Shown here one piece after another: positions 1-11,093 of a stretch of DNA of 48,884 nt. The notes under the pieces are model-generated. The model was given only the letters and a program-made list of their open reading frames with translations, was not told the origin of the DNA and made no database searches. The stretch is from Mitosporidium daphniae (lineage: Eukaryota). Location: NCBI RefSeq assembly GCF_000760515.2, contig NW_013546578.1, positions 1 through 48,884 of the forward strand, in the 5' to 3' direction. Position 1 is the first letter of the stretch; each line of letters starts with the position of its first letter. The position numbers were made by a program, and so were the translations under genes.

Positions 1-63
1 ACCTTCTTGACCTTCTTGACCTTCTTGACCTTCTTGACCTTCTTGACCTTCTTGACCTTCTTG
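1..63 (-). repeat. 9-bp tandem repeat (ACCTTCTTG)x7, read as (QEG)n in the BMT5-like CDS; truncated by the window edge
   Basis: Seven exact copies at 1-63; the minus-strand frame continuous with the ATG at 387 gives CAA GAA GGT repeats. Confidence 0.95.
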
Positions 64-387
64 ATTCTTTGAATTTTCAAAAGTCAAAAACAAAGATTTG
101 GCCAATGCAACAGCAAAAGAAAAATTTCCCTCTCCCAATAGTATTACACGAGAAAACGGAGAAAATGGAATTAAGCTATCAGGGCAAGGTGGTGTCTTTT
201 CAGGCACATTCAAAGTGAACAAGAATTTTATCCGTTGGCTTTTGGATGCCGAATTTGCCGCTTTTAGGCCCGACTTTTTTAATGTCTCGTTTGCCTTTTT
301 TGGCTTACCCTGCTTGTCCTTTTGTTTTTTAAGCTGGTCCAGCTGGTGCTTCAACGAAGATTTAAGCTTTGGTCGTTTGATTGCCAT
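1..387 (-). CDS. BMT5: 25S rRNA (uridine-N3)-methyltransferase BMT5-like (DUF2431), 5' part only
   Basis: Manual translation from ATG 387: MAIKRPKLKSSLKHQL...FSRVILLGEGNFSFAVALAK...(QEG)n. ILLxGEG[DN]FSFA is the DUF2431 N-terminal motif. Runs off the window and is absent from the ORF track. Confidence 0.8.
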   Translation of the reverse strand, partial: MAIKRPKLKSSLKHQLDQLKKQKDKQGKPKKANETLKKSGLKAANSASKSQRIKFLFTLNVPEKTPPCPDSLIPFSPFSRVILLGEGNFSFAVALAKSLFLTFENSKNQEGQEGQEGQEGQEGQEGQEG

Positions 388-434
388 AAAATAAAATTTA
401 TTGCTCGTTGTGCTACTTTTAAACCGGATTTAAG

Positions 435-1320
435 TTAACTAAAATCTGCCTCATCTTCTGTTTGAGGCTCGCTGTTTTCGGGCGAAGAGTCATGGAAGAG
501 GGCAAAGTTCACCTCAACAACTACCATTTTAGAGGAAAAAATACCTTCTTCATCTTCGGCCAAGCAACCAGCAGAGTCCGACTGCTGTTCTACTGAATTT
601 CGCTCAAATAACTGCCTTCCGGTCAGTTTTTGGGTGCCTGAAGATGTCTTTGGCTTGCTGGCATCAACTTTGTGAGCGTAAAACGACGTTTTCCATTCTA
701 AAAAGGCTTCCTCTGTAACAAGGGCTATATCCTCTCTCTATAATTAAAAATAGCAAGTACATTCAGCTCATTTTCAGCATCGTCTAGCCCCAATACATTT
801 AAAGATGACTCATGCGGCGTGCTTGAAAGTGTAGTGTCTTGCAGGATCTTTGTGAGAATGTGTACAGGTGCTGATAATTTCTCCTTGTTTTTGATCGAGT
901 AGTTGTCAATCCATTCTTGCAAAAAGGACAACAAGGGCAGCAGCATCGGCGTGCCGGTTAACAGGGACGCCTAAATTGACAAAGCTACAAAAACCTGCTG
1001 AGATAGCTCGGAAATAAGCGTAGATTTGTAGGATTGGGCTATTCCATCGAGTTCGGTTATTTCAAAAGAGGGCGAAATGTTTGGATATGATTCATTCGAT
1101 AAATGAAATCGTATCTTCAAACTTACTAAATTATGGGAGGATAATGTCAGGCGGTACATGATATGGAGCCTGTCGAGGTTCTCAATGATACTTCGATTCG
1201 AGTATAAGATCCTTCCTGTTCACTTCCTATAAAATTTGCATAACCCATGGTACCGGTTACATCGCTTCCATACATACATTCCAGGCAGAAAAGCTCATCG
1301 TGGATAATTGCATTTAACAT
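435..1320 (-). CDS. GIR2: RWD-domain protein, Gir2/RWDD1 (DFRP2) family, spliced
   Basis: Joined exons give DELFCLECMY...YP...LTGTPMLLPLLSFLQEW...SPVTEEAFLEWK...KLTGRQLFER, the RWDD1/Gir2 signatures. Clear 24-nt intron at 971-994; first intron boundary less certain. Confidence 0.8.
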
Positions 1321-1534
1321 GTAGGAAAAAATTATTTTTTATTATTTCCTTTTGACAAGAAACCCAGTAAGAAATCCGAGAGACAAAGATCCATATCTGG
1401 AAAACTATCAAATAAGAAGTAATTTTCACCAAACCTTCACAGCAGGTGAGGCAATCATTAATATAAATCGATGAAATCGCTTAAAATAAATACTATGTTA
1501 GTTAATATAAAAGCATTTGAGACGCATTCTCTAA

Positions 1535-1608
1535 GTTTCGATGGTGTAGTTGGTTATCACTTCTGTCTAACACACAGGCGGTCCTCGGTTCGATTCCGGG
1601 TCGAAACA
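1535..1608 (+). tRNA. tRNA-Val (AAC)
   Basis: Acceptor GTTTCGA/TCGAAAC, anticodon arm TCTGT-CTAACAC-ACAGG, T-loop GGTTCGATTCC, followed by a T-run Pol III terminator. Confidence 0.96.
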
Positions 1609-1629
1609 TTTTTTATTTTCGTTTAAATA

Positions 1630-3903
1630 ATGATATTCTCATTTCTTCTGTTGAGTTTGAAAGTTGTCAGCGTCCTTGTTCTGTGCTATTTGATTGTCAG
1701 CCGCAAAAATAAAAGGTCAATATTGCCACCCGAGAGGAAGCCCAAAGTCATTGCTTCATCATCCGTTGGTGTTAAAATTTTTTTTGCCTCCAACAGCGGC
1801 CATTCTGAAAAATATGCCATTCTAATGCATGAATCGCTGTGCAGATTTTTCGCCAAGCATCCGAGTGCTAAGCGCAAATTTGCCTTATGTGGTCCCAAAT
1901 CTCTCGAGTACTACGACCCCGATGACCTTTATACTGAAGATTCCGTTTTATTCCTTTTTGTTCCGACATACACGGACGGACAACCACCATTGGCTGCAAA
2001 ATGGTTTTCCGCATTCTTGGAGGATGCTGCCAACGACTTTCGAGTGGATCGCTCAAGCCTGAAAAGGCTCAAGTTTGGTGTTTTTGGCCTTGGAGATTCT
2101 GCATTTGCCCCCGAGCATTTCAATACTGCTGGCCGTTGCATTGATAAAAATTTATCGTTGCTTGGTGCTACTCGAATCATCTCTTTTGGAAACGGCGATC
2201 AGCAAATTGACAGATTGAGCGTTTTGGGCGATTGGATTAACAGGGCGCAGCTTTTGCTAAGTTGCTATTCTGAAAATCCGGAATGGATCAGCATTCCAAT
2301 GGAGGATTTTTCTCAAGCACTGCCATACGAATCGGACGAAGATATTTCGTCTGAGCCGGTAATTGATATGGAGGATCTCGAAATTCTAGATTCGCAAGAA
2401 AAAACCATGCAAGAGGACTCTAATGGCCGCTATTTCTCTGGCGTTGCTATCCAAAGCAAAAGAAAATCTCGACTTGCAAATGTCGTGCCCGCGTTAGAGG
2501 AGGAAGATGACCCTTCATTTTCCAAATTTATTCTGGAACCTTCGCCATCGGAAGTGCCCATGGTGACGCCGGAAATCGGCAGGTCTTTAACCAAACAAAG
2601 ATATAAGGTTGTTGTGAGCCATTCTGGCGTCAAATTGTGCCGGTGGACCAAAGCAATGCTTCGTGGCCGCGGGGGATGTTATAAGCACACTTTTTATGGA
2701 ATTGAAAGCCATCGATGTATGGAGGCTACTCCATCTCTCGCGTGCGCAAACAAATGCGTATTTTGCTGGCGCCATCACACAAATCCGGTGGGAACCCGCT
2801 GGGTGTGGAAGCTAGATAGTGCGGAAAGCATTGTTTCTGGAGCGCTAGCCGGCCATGCTAGCATGGTTAAGCAAATGATGGGCGTCCCTGGCGCTTCGCC
2901 AGAGCGGCTATTGGAAGCGCAAGTTGTTAAGCACTGCGCGCTTTCTTTGGTTGGGGAGCCCATTATTTATCCCCACATTAACGAGCTGGTTGCTCTTCTT
3001 CATGAAAAGTCGATCTCCACATTTCTGGTTACGAACGCCCAGTTTCCAGATCGAATAGCTCAGCTTTCGCCCATCACTCAACTGTATGTTTCCGTGGACG
3101 CATCCACTAAGGCTTCTTTGAAAAAGATTGACAGACCCCTTTTTTCGGACTTTTGGGAACGATTTTTATGCTCGCTGAAGGCCCTCAAAGAAAAGGTATG
3201 GTGCCTTGTATTTATGTGCTAGAAACAACGCACCGTGTATCGCCTGACCCTTGTCAACGATTACAACACCGAAAACTTGAAGGAGTACGCCAACTTGGTT
3301 AATGTTGGGGTGCCCGATTTTATCGAGATCAAAGGTGTTACTTTTTCCGGGGCCGGCTCCACAGCCACAACAACGGGGGCCGATACATCCGCCTCCTTGA
3401 GAATGTCGAATTGCCCATTCCACCATGAGGTGGTTTCTTTCTGCCAGCAATTGTGTGCTCTTCTCGGGGGAATGTATTCGATTGCCTCGGAACATGCACA
3501 CTCAAACTGCGTGCTAATTGCACATGAAAAATTCTTCATCGATGGCAAGTGGTTCACTTGGATCGATTACGAGAAATTCCAGCAGCTTATTCGCCTGGGT
3601 CAACCCTTCACCTCTCTAGATTATGCCAAAGAAACGCCACAATGGGCCATGTTTGGTTCTGAGCATCGAGGATTTGATCCATGCGAAACACGGCATTATC
3701 GAAACAAGCAGCCCAAAGAGGCTGCGGTGGAGGTCACTAAAACTGGCAGTCCAGATGTGTGCTGTTCCACACAAAGCTCATCGAAAGATACCGAGAATCT
3801 CCCGAATTATAATCTCGCCACTTGTTCTTCTGGAGACTGTTGCATGGGGCAACGCCCAGAATCCGAGCCCGCTATGTGTGGAGACGCAGAGAGCCGCCCC
3901 TGA
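1630..3903 (+). CDS. TYW1: tRNA wybutosine-synthesizing protein 1 (flavodoxin + radical SAM)
   Basis: N-terminal TM segment, flavodoxin (FGLGDS), SHSGVKLCRW, CYKHTFYGIESHRCME, CANKCVFC, EHAHSNC; two ORFs joined by a 27-nt intron at 3196-3222. Confidence 0.95.
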
Positions 3904-3979
3904 GCCCGATATCGCCGCTTCCCAGTCACTTAATATTATTAAAGTCCATAAGCTTTATTAATTTACCAAAGGGCCTTCG

Positions 3980-4804
3980 TTATTGTAGCGCTGCATTGGC
4001 TGCACAGCGAGCCAGTTTTCTTTTCAACTTTGCATTGTGTTCTTGAAGTCCCTTCATTAGCAGAATTGCAGATCTTAGTACTTCTCTGTGGCTCATTTGA
4101 AATTGCCTGTCCAGGCCCTGTGGTAGCAGCGAGCGAAGAGTAAACATGGCAGTTCTGAAGTTGGACCGTCTTTTTTGTTCAGACTGCAGATGTCTCTGTT
4201 TCTTTTCTAAAGATGTCATCGGAGATTTCTTTCCGGGTTTAAATACAAGTGCGGGTTCGCGGCTTTCTTCGGAGAGCATAAATTGATACTTTGGCGGCGA
4301 ATGGATGTCAAGTGCTGTTGGATGGCCTTCATAAGTGGGCGATGGCTCTTCACGTCGCTTATATGTACAATTATCAGGATATGACGTGTTGGTATTCTCG
4401 GATCTATTTGTAAGTACATATGGGGAGTACTGGGATTTAGGGTAGCAGTGCAGTGCGCTCAAACTTGATGCAGGGTGGTCAGATTGGCGGGTTTCTGCAG
4501 GGTTCGGCCTGCATGGAGAAAATCCGACATATGAATATGTTTCCGTAGAAACACTGGAAGCTTGCCTCTCAAAGTCTCTTTCAAATGGAAGTTTATCGCG
4601 ATGCTGGTGCTGATGGTGGTGATAGGCATTTGAAACATTCAAGGATCGAACAGTTTGAATTGGAATCGCTGAATGGGAGAGGCACGGGGCTTCTAATGCT
4701 CTGTTGATAGATACAAAATCAGGAATTGTCGTTAGCTCTTCTAGCCACAAATTCATGAGCATAGAACCTGAAGGTCCCAAAACAGCAAATGCAGGGCAAT
4801 TCAT
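3980..4804 (-). CDS. bHLH(-ZIP) transcription factor (Max/Mlx/Ino4-like)
   Basis: C-terminal KKQRHLQSEQKRRSNF...LRSLLP...SHREVLRSAILLMKGLQEHNAKLKRKL; start uncertain (first ATG at 4804). Confidence 0.8.
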   Translation of the reverse strand: MNCPAFAVLGPSGSMLMNLWLEELTTIPDFVSINRALEAPCLSHSAIPIQTVRSLNVSNAYHHHQHQHRDKLPFERDFERQASSVSTETYSYVGFSPCRPNPAETRQSDHPASSLSALHCYPKSQYSPYVLTNRSENTNTSYPDNCTYKRREEPSPTYEGHPTALDIHSPPKYQFMLSEESREPALVFKPGKKSPMTSLEKKQRHLQSEQKRRSNFRTAMFTLRSLLPQGLDRQFQMSHREVLRSAILLMKGLQEHNAKLKRKLARCAANAALQ

Positions 4805-4989
4805 CAAACAGGTTGCTGGAAATGGAAAATCGACCGAAATCAGTATCAAGCCGATCACAAAGTGATAAATATCAGTTGGATGATACAACCAGTAAAAATA
4901 ATCAGTAACTAATGGGTAGCAATTTGACAGAACAATTTATCTCTGAATCACCGCGTCTGTATGACTCACAAATACTGGTGGAGCAAAAA

Positions 4990-5062
4990 TGTTTCGTCCC
5001 GGGATCGAACCGGGGACCCTTCGCGTGTGAGGCGAAAGTGATAACCACTACACCAACGAAAC
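4990..5062 (-). tRNA. tRNA-Val (CAC)
   Basis: Reverse complement GTTTCGTTGGTGTAGTGGTTATCACTTTCGCCTCACACGCGAAGGGTCCCCGGTTCGATCCCGGGACGAAACA folds as a cloverleaf and is followed by TTTT. Confidence 0.96.
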
Positions 5063-5134
5063 TCGTTTAATTTTCAAATTAAAGATTTTAGTAAAATACA
5101 ATTCAATCATATTACAAAATTTATTGAAAGTTAC

Positions 5135-7052
5135 ATGGAACCTTTGTCTCCATTTCCAACCTCGTTTTCCCCGAATGAAATAAGCGATTCAAATGATCCT
5201 TCGTCTTCGTCGTTATCGGCATCAGATACAGACCTCATTCAAGATGCATCTTTGGAAGAAGAGGATATTACTGCAATCTCAGATCAAAGTGCATGTCAGG
5301 ATTTGGAGGCGGGTAGTCTTTTATCCAAGGATATTGATGTTAATACCGGTGCACATATGCCCACCATTCGGCTCAAATTGGTTAATATTTTAAAGTCCTC
5401 CAACCAACCCTTGTTACGAGAATCCCTGGGCAAATGTATCTCGGCGCTCAAAGTGTAGTTTCGCCTTGGTGTTTTATCATTAGAAAGGATGCATATGGGT
5501 TTTTCTTGGAGCCCGTTGATACCTCGATCGTGACGGACTATTTGAGTGTAATCAAGAACCCAATGGATTTCCAGACCATTACTCAGAAAAACGATATGAA
5601 TCAATATTCATCATTCTCCCAAGTGCAGGTAGAAAATGCCCTTTTCATTGCCCTAGGAAGATTTCGAGCTTATCTGTTCAAATGCAATGACATACAATGC
5701 ACCCACAACCATTTATTACAAAAGCGCCCAACGGCTTTTGAACATAGGACGAAAGATCATCAAAAGAGAGGCTCTCAGACTCAATGATCGATTATTGAAG
5801 CTTGCTTGTAAAAAGCGGGCCAATATTGATTCCATGAGCACCCACTTTTCTAGCCAAGGGAAACGGCGTCGTCAATGCGAAAAGGGGCTGCTGTCGCTAT
5901 ATGACCAAGTCCAGCAAGAATTGTCCTTCAGGGCAAACGCTTTGCCCGTTTCAACCAGAAAGGTTTTAGAAGCTAAAGTCGCATTGTTCAAAAAATTTTC
6001 AGACGGCTCGTGGCTTTTTTCGAGCAGAAACAGAACTCAAATCCCGTCCGTTTGCTACAATTCCGATGGCTCTCTCAATTGTGGTATGTCGTGTTCCCTC
6101 ACTTTTATAGGACAAGAAAAGGATGTAAGAGAAATGCTGATCGGGCCATTTCACGACAAAATGGGATCTACAGAAAGTACGTTGTTACTTGGACCGTCTT
6201 CCCAGATCCTTGCATCCGTTTTGTCCAAGAATTTGAATTCCTCGCAAATGGTTGGCAAGCCGACCAGCAGTTTTTGGCTATCATCGCCTTCTAACTGTGG
6301 CTCCAGGTTTTACGATTCCTTGGGCTATCCGATTGAAGACTTTATTTCGCCATCCCTCTGCTTGGCATATGGCGATCCAAAAGGAAAGGAATTTATTAGC
6401 AAGCTTTTGCGAATGGATCAATCCACCTGTGACGCCTCCAGCTCTTCACCCTCTCGAATTTCCCGTGTGTTATCAAAGCTTGCAGACGACATGACACTGG
6501 GCGGCCATTCATTTATGGAAAGTATTGCCGCATTTAAGAATTCCGTGGGTAAATCGTCCCCGAAACATGAAGACCATGAAAAAACGTCAAACACAAATAT
6601 CTGCAATGCAATTACAAACAAAGAGGCGGAAGATCCTGGGCATGCTCCCCAAAGCAGCGGTGGCGGCGATCTTGCTGCTCCCCAAAGCAGCGGTGGCGGT
6701 GATCTTTCTGCTCCGCAAAATCCCGGGAATTACACAGCTTGTAACGATCAGCTTCTTTTTGAGATTTCTTCGCTGCTGATCAAAATGAATTCGATAAAAT
6801 CGCAACTGTTATCGTCTCGTTCTGTGGATCCAAGTTTAAAGGTTGAATTGGGCTCTGTTTCTTCTGAACTAAAGGAAAAATTGTCCAAAATTGCAAGACA
6901 ATGCTCTCCGGCTGACTTACTGGGGCCAAGGTATGTTTCCCTCACTATTCTTTAGGATGGAATCCACAAGACAGTTTATGAAAGATCTAATTGCCGACCC
7001 GATTCCTACAAGTTACCCTGGAACTTTGCCCACTGTGCCCATGCAGAAATAA
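5135..7052 (+). CDS. Bromodomain protein (BRD7/BRD9-like), spliced
   Basis: KDAYGFFLEPVD...DYLSVIKNPMDF...EDFELICSNAMTYNAPTTIYYKSA after removing short introns near 5453-5483, 5629-5656 and 6930-6955. Confidence 0.8.
6643..6719 (+). repeat. 33-bp in-frame tandem repeat (~2.3 copies) encoding APQSSGGGDL[AS]
   Basis: TGCTCCCCAAAGCAGCGGTGGCGG(C/T)GATCTT(G/T)C repeated directly. Confidence 0.9.
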
Positions 7053-7123
7053 ACCCCATCAAGTGTAGATTGCTCGGAATTAATTTTACAAATTTAATAA
7101 AATGTCAATTAATACGGAATGCG

Positions 7124-7300
7124 CTAGCCTAGAGGATTGAGCAGTTTAAAAAGAGGCACCGATGGCACGCTATATTGATACCCTATACTAAGCTACCCCA
7201 AATAACCTATAAAAAGCACAAATGGGATCCATCCATAGTGAAGAACATGCTTTGAGATCTGGACGAAGCGAGCATATGCCAGACTCGAGGATGAAGACAT
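7124..7300 (-). CDS. TOM7: Mitochondrial outer-membrane translocase subunit Tom7 (50 aa, 2 exons)
   Basis: Exons 7300-7207 and 7182-7124 with a 24-nt GT-AG intron: MSSSSSLAYARFVQISKHVLHYGWIPFVLFIGYQYSVPSVPLFKLLNPLG. HYGWIPxxLxxG is the Tom7 hallmark. Confidence 0.93.
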
Positions 7301-7329
7301 AATAAAATATTTAAAAAAATTATTTTAAA

Positions 7330-9424
7330 ATGAAGAACAAAAAAGGTAAGAATACCCGCTTTCATTTCATCATTCGTAGTTCGAGCCATTCTGCAGCGAG
7401 AAGAAAACTCGAGAAAATATGCCGCAAAAAATAAAAGAAAAAACAAGGCCGAATCAGAATCCGAGGCATCTTCTGCTTCGATGTCAGATACCGATATTTC
7501 ACTATCAGAGGATAGTTCCTTTTCAGAGGCAGAGTCCCTTGAAGCAGGATCTTTTTCATCTGAAGACGGACAGACCGATGATTTTGAGTTGAATGAGGAA
7601 GAAGGGGAGGAGGAAGAGGAGGAAGAAGGGGAGGAGGGGGAGGAGGGGGAGGAAGAAGGGGAACAGTCGAATCAGGATGATGACGAATTGGGAGGTATTG
7701 CCTATCCGTCCTCTTCGGAAGATGAAGAGGAGGCTTTCATTGAAAAGATTATTTATGATTCTGAAATTAAAGCCTGGAAAGAATCGGTGCATAAACTTTC
7801 CAACGCATCGAGTGTAGACCATGCACCGAGCATGGATTTTATTCGATTGGTCAAAAAAATCATCTCCGCTTGGAATAGAATGGTAAGCTCCCAATATCCA
7901 TCCTGTTCGCATCCAAACAAGAAAAACAAAAGGGCCTCCTCTTTGGTCGCCAAAACGCAGCAAAAAATAAGAGCCGAGACGGAGGACGTTGAGGTCGCTT
8001 TTTTCTCTCTTGTTTTTGAGAATATTTTCCGCGATTTTCTATGGATAAAATTTTCTAATTCCGGCTCTGCTCGCCCCCAGCATATGTATCCGGAAGAGGT
8101 CAAAAGGCTGCGTAATCCCATAAAGGGCGTCATTGAAGCTCTAACCTCAATATTTGACCATGCTCCATCAGGGTCTTGGATGCATACCATCATACTGGGC
8201 GAACCCCTAGAGAGAATGCTTCCATTTTTTGCTATCTTTCCTGTTGCGTTTTCACGATTGCTAAAGATTCTCATTACAAAGGTATGGATATCATTACCCG
8301 GCGAGAATGACGAAATGATGTTAAGCTTTAAGCGGCTACAGAGCTTTTTGCTAACAACATGCTTCAAGTACCCATCCTTTGCTAGCAAAATTGTTGTCAA
8401 GACAGCGTATGCATCGTGGATCAAATCTCTCGTTAATATGTCGGTCCACAAGCATGAAAATGCAGGTTTTTTGCTCGAATCTTTATGCGAGCTTTTCTTT
8501 GCCATTCAAGATGCACAGAAACAATATGACTTTGCGTTTCTTTCCCTAAGGGCTCTGGCCCTAAGTGCTAGATCCCAATTGGTAACTTGCGCCACCTCAT
8601 CGGAAAAAAAGAAGGGGCAACTTGTGGCACAAGGAGGGCAGCTAAAAGTTGTCCCCAAAAGCTGGACATTCATCTATGCCATACGGTTCTGGTCTCGTGT
8701 CATTGGAACGACAACCTCTTCCGTTGCGAAGGAAAATTCTCCATTGATGCTTTTAAAATATCCGCTTTTGCAGATAATATCTGCAGGCGTCGCCGCAAGC
8801 GGGAAGTGTCCCAGAGAAATCCCATACCAGCTCCACCTTGTAGATTGTGCCGTTTCCTTTTTGCAAGTGAGCATTGGGCTCCCTATTGAAACCCTATTAA
8901 GGATCATCAAAGAAGTCATCGAATCAATCCGGAAGCCGGGGAAGATGGATAAAAAGCCTGCAGATCCCGTATCTTTAGACTGGAAATCGTTGCTAAAAGG
9001 CCCTGCAGATGCATCCGCCGCCCCTTGGTATTGGGATTTGGTGGGAAGGCGTGCTTCATATCTATTTGCCAAATGTGCTTTATTGCACTCGTCAAGTGCA
9101 GATTTTCCAGAAGTCGTAGGATTGCCATTGCGCTGGGTATCAATTTTATTGAATTATTTGTAGATCCGGGGCTGGTTAAAAAACGAATGCAAGGACACAA
9201 GGATATCAATAGCAAAGAGACTTGTGCTTCTTGTTCGAACTTTGGAGGAGCATTCTTGCTCGATCTCCGAGGCAAGAAAGGGCCTCAACGTAACAAGTGT
9301 CATTTCGGTCGAAGGAAAGCAAGCAACATACAGTCACCTGATCGACACAAGCAAAACATCAAGTTCTAATCAATTGGCCACGGTTTATAAACAGTTTGCC
9401 AACGAGGATGGATCGATTAAATAA
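7330..9424 (+). CDS. NOC2: Nucleolar complex protein 2
   Basis: Acidic N-terminus; YDFAFLSLRALAL, SWTFIYAIRFWSRV, LKYPLLQI, FPEV motifs; introns at 7346-7379 and 9137-9163 extend the ORF in frame at both ends. Confidence 0.8.
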
Positions 9425-9535
9425 TTATTTATTTGACCCTAAATTAATTAATGAAATTTAAAAGGAAATTTTTGCGTCAGTTTCAAGGCCATCCCACCAT
9501 CCATCCATCTCAATCAATCAAATTACACCACAGTA

Positions 9536-10854
9536 ATGCCATTTCCTATCCAAGTTGCGGCGATAGCCATTTCCAATATAAGGAGATCAACCAGGTTTTC
9601 CAGATTTTTAGGCAAAAGGCATTTTGGTACTTTACCGATCCACTTATCATAGCGGAGAGAATCATCTGCACGCCAACTCTGGCTGATTCCATCACCGAGG
9701 GGGTGCTGTCTTCTTGGGAAAAAAGTTTCTCCACATGCATGGCTAATTTTTAGAGGTCGGCGACGTCGTTTCGCGAGACGAAGTGATTGCCAATATTGAG
9801 ACCGATAAAATCACCCTTCCCATTACCACTCCTGAGCATGGCAAAATTATAGAATTCTTTGCAAAAGAAGGCGACAATGTCACTGTTGGGTCGCAGCTAT
9901 TTAAAATCGACTCTTCTGCAGACACAGAGCATGTGGAAAAGCCGCAAGAGCCCGTAGCGACTTCTTCCCCTCAGGAAAGTCCAATTCAAACTCCCAAAGC
10001 AGCCGAACTACCTCAGAAGAATGTAAAAGCTGCCAAGGAGACAAAGGCTGTTGACGAACCCAAGTCCCCCTCAAAGACGGAATTAAGTTATAAGACACCG
10101 TCACCGTCGGGATCATCGGCATCCAGAACAGAATCGAGAAAACGGCTTACCCCGATGAGAGCAAAAATTGCAGCCCATTTGAAAGAATCGCAAAACATAA
10201 ATGCCTCCTTGACGACCTTTAATGAAATTGATATGTCTTCGCTGATTGAGTTCAGATCCATTCACAAGGACGCCGTTTTGAAAAATGATGGTGTCAAGCT
10301 TGGGTTCATGTCTCCGTTTATCATGGCCGCAACCCGAGCCCTCCAAGAAAATCCAATGGTTAATAGCCGAATTGAGGGCTCCGAGATCGTCACTCCATCT
10401 TATGTTGATATTTCGGTGGCCGTTTCCACGCCAAAAGGCTTGGTTACTCCGATTATTAGAGATTGCCAACTAATTACTAGCTTTGTTGAGATTGAAAAGA
10501 CTCTTTCTTCGCTTGCAGACTTGGCCAAGTCAAACGGACTCACCCAGGAGCACTTGAAAGGCGGCACATTTACAATCTCAAATGGAGGTGTATTTGGATC
10601 GCTCAGCGGGACCCCTATAATTAACCTGCCTCAGTCGGCCATATTGGGGATGCACGCAATCAAAGAAAGGCCCGTGGCAATCAAAGGAAATGTACCAGCC
10701 CCACTTGCCAACTCTAACCATATAGATTGTCATCCGCCCAATGATGAATGTTGCTCTTACTTATGACCATAGAATTATCGATGGAAGAGACGCCGTCATG
10801 TTCCTCGTCCGCTTGAAGGCTCTGCTGGAGGACCCTAGACTATTTCTATTATGA
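9536..10854 (+). CDS. KGD2: 2-oxoglutarate dehydrogenase E2 (dihydrolipoyl succinyltransferase)
   Basis: Presequence-like N-terminus, LADSITEG, lipoyl motif [45 protein letters not shown]; introns at 9627-9652, 9725-9753 and 10692-10725. Confidence 0.95.
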
Positions 10855-11093
10855 ATAAAAACGTTCATATTTTATTTGGCAGTGCGTGGCGTTTGCAGCT
10901 GTCATTGACGGCAAGAAACGAAACTGCACTCAAAAGTTGAAGATTTGGTGTTCGGTGTGTAAAAAACAGGGCTACACAGTTGCGATGTAAATTCCAGCCG
11001 ACTACATTTACAAATCGCCAGACAGCTCAATTAGCTAATCAATCCGAAATGGAACAAATGTGGGCCAAGGGTTTTATGTAGTTGCGGATTTAT

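Noticed and set aside
98..394. Plus-strand 98-aa ORF and the many other antisense or overlapping ORFs (e.g. 7753-8505, 21222-21974, 25232-25897, 26516-27142, 44363-44905)
   Set aside because: Shadows of recognised genes on the opposite strand or in another frame, with no motifs of their own
7058..7068. ATCAAGTGTAG resembling the U2 snRNA branch-pairing region
   Set aside because: Continues ATTG instead of TATCTG and lacks the U2 5' stem; it lies just after a stop codon
7590..7665. GA-rich run as a G-quadruplex or regulatory repeat
   Set aside because: Explained by the Glu/Gly-rich acidic N-terminus of NOC2
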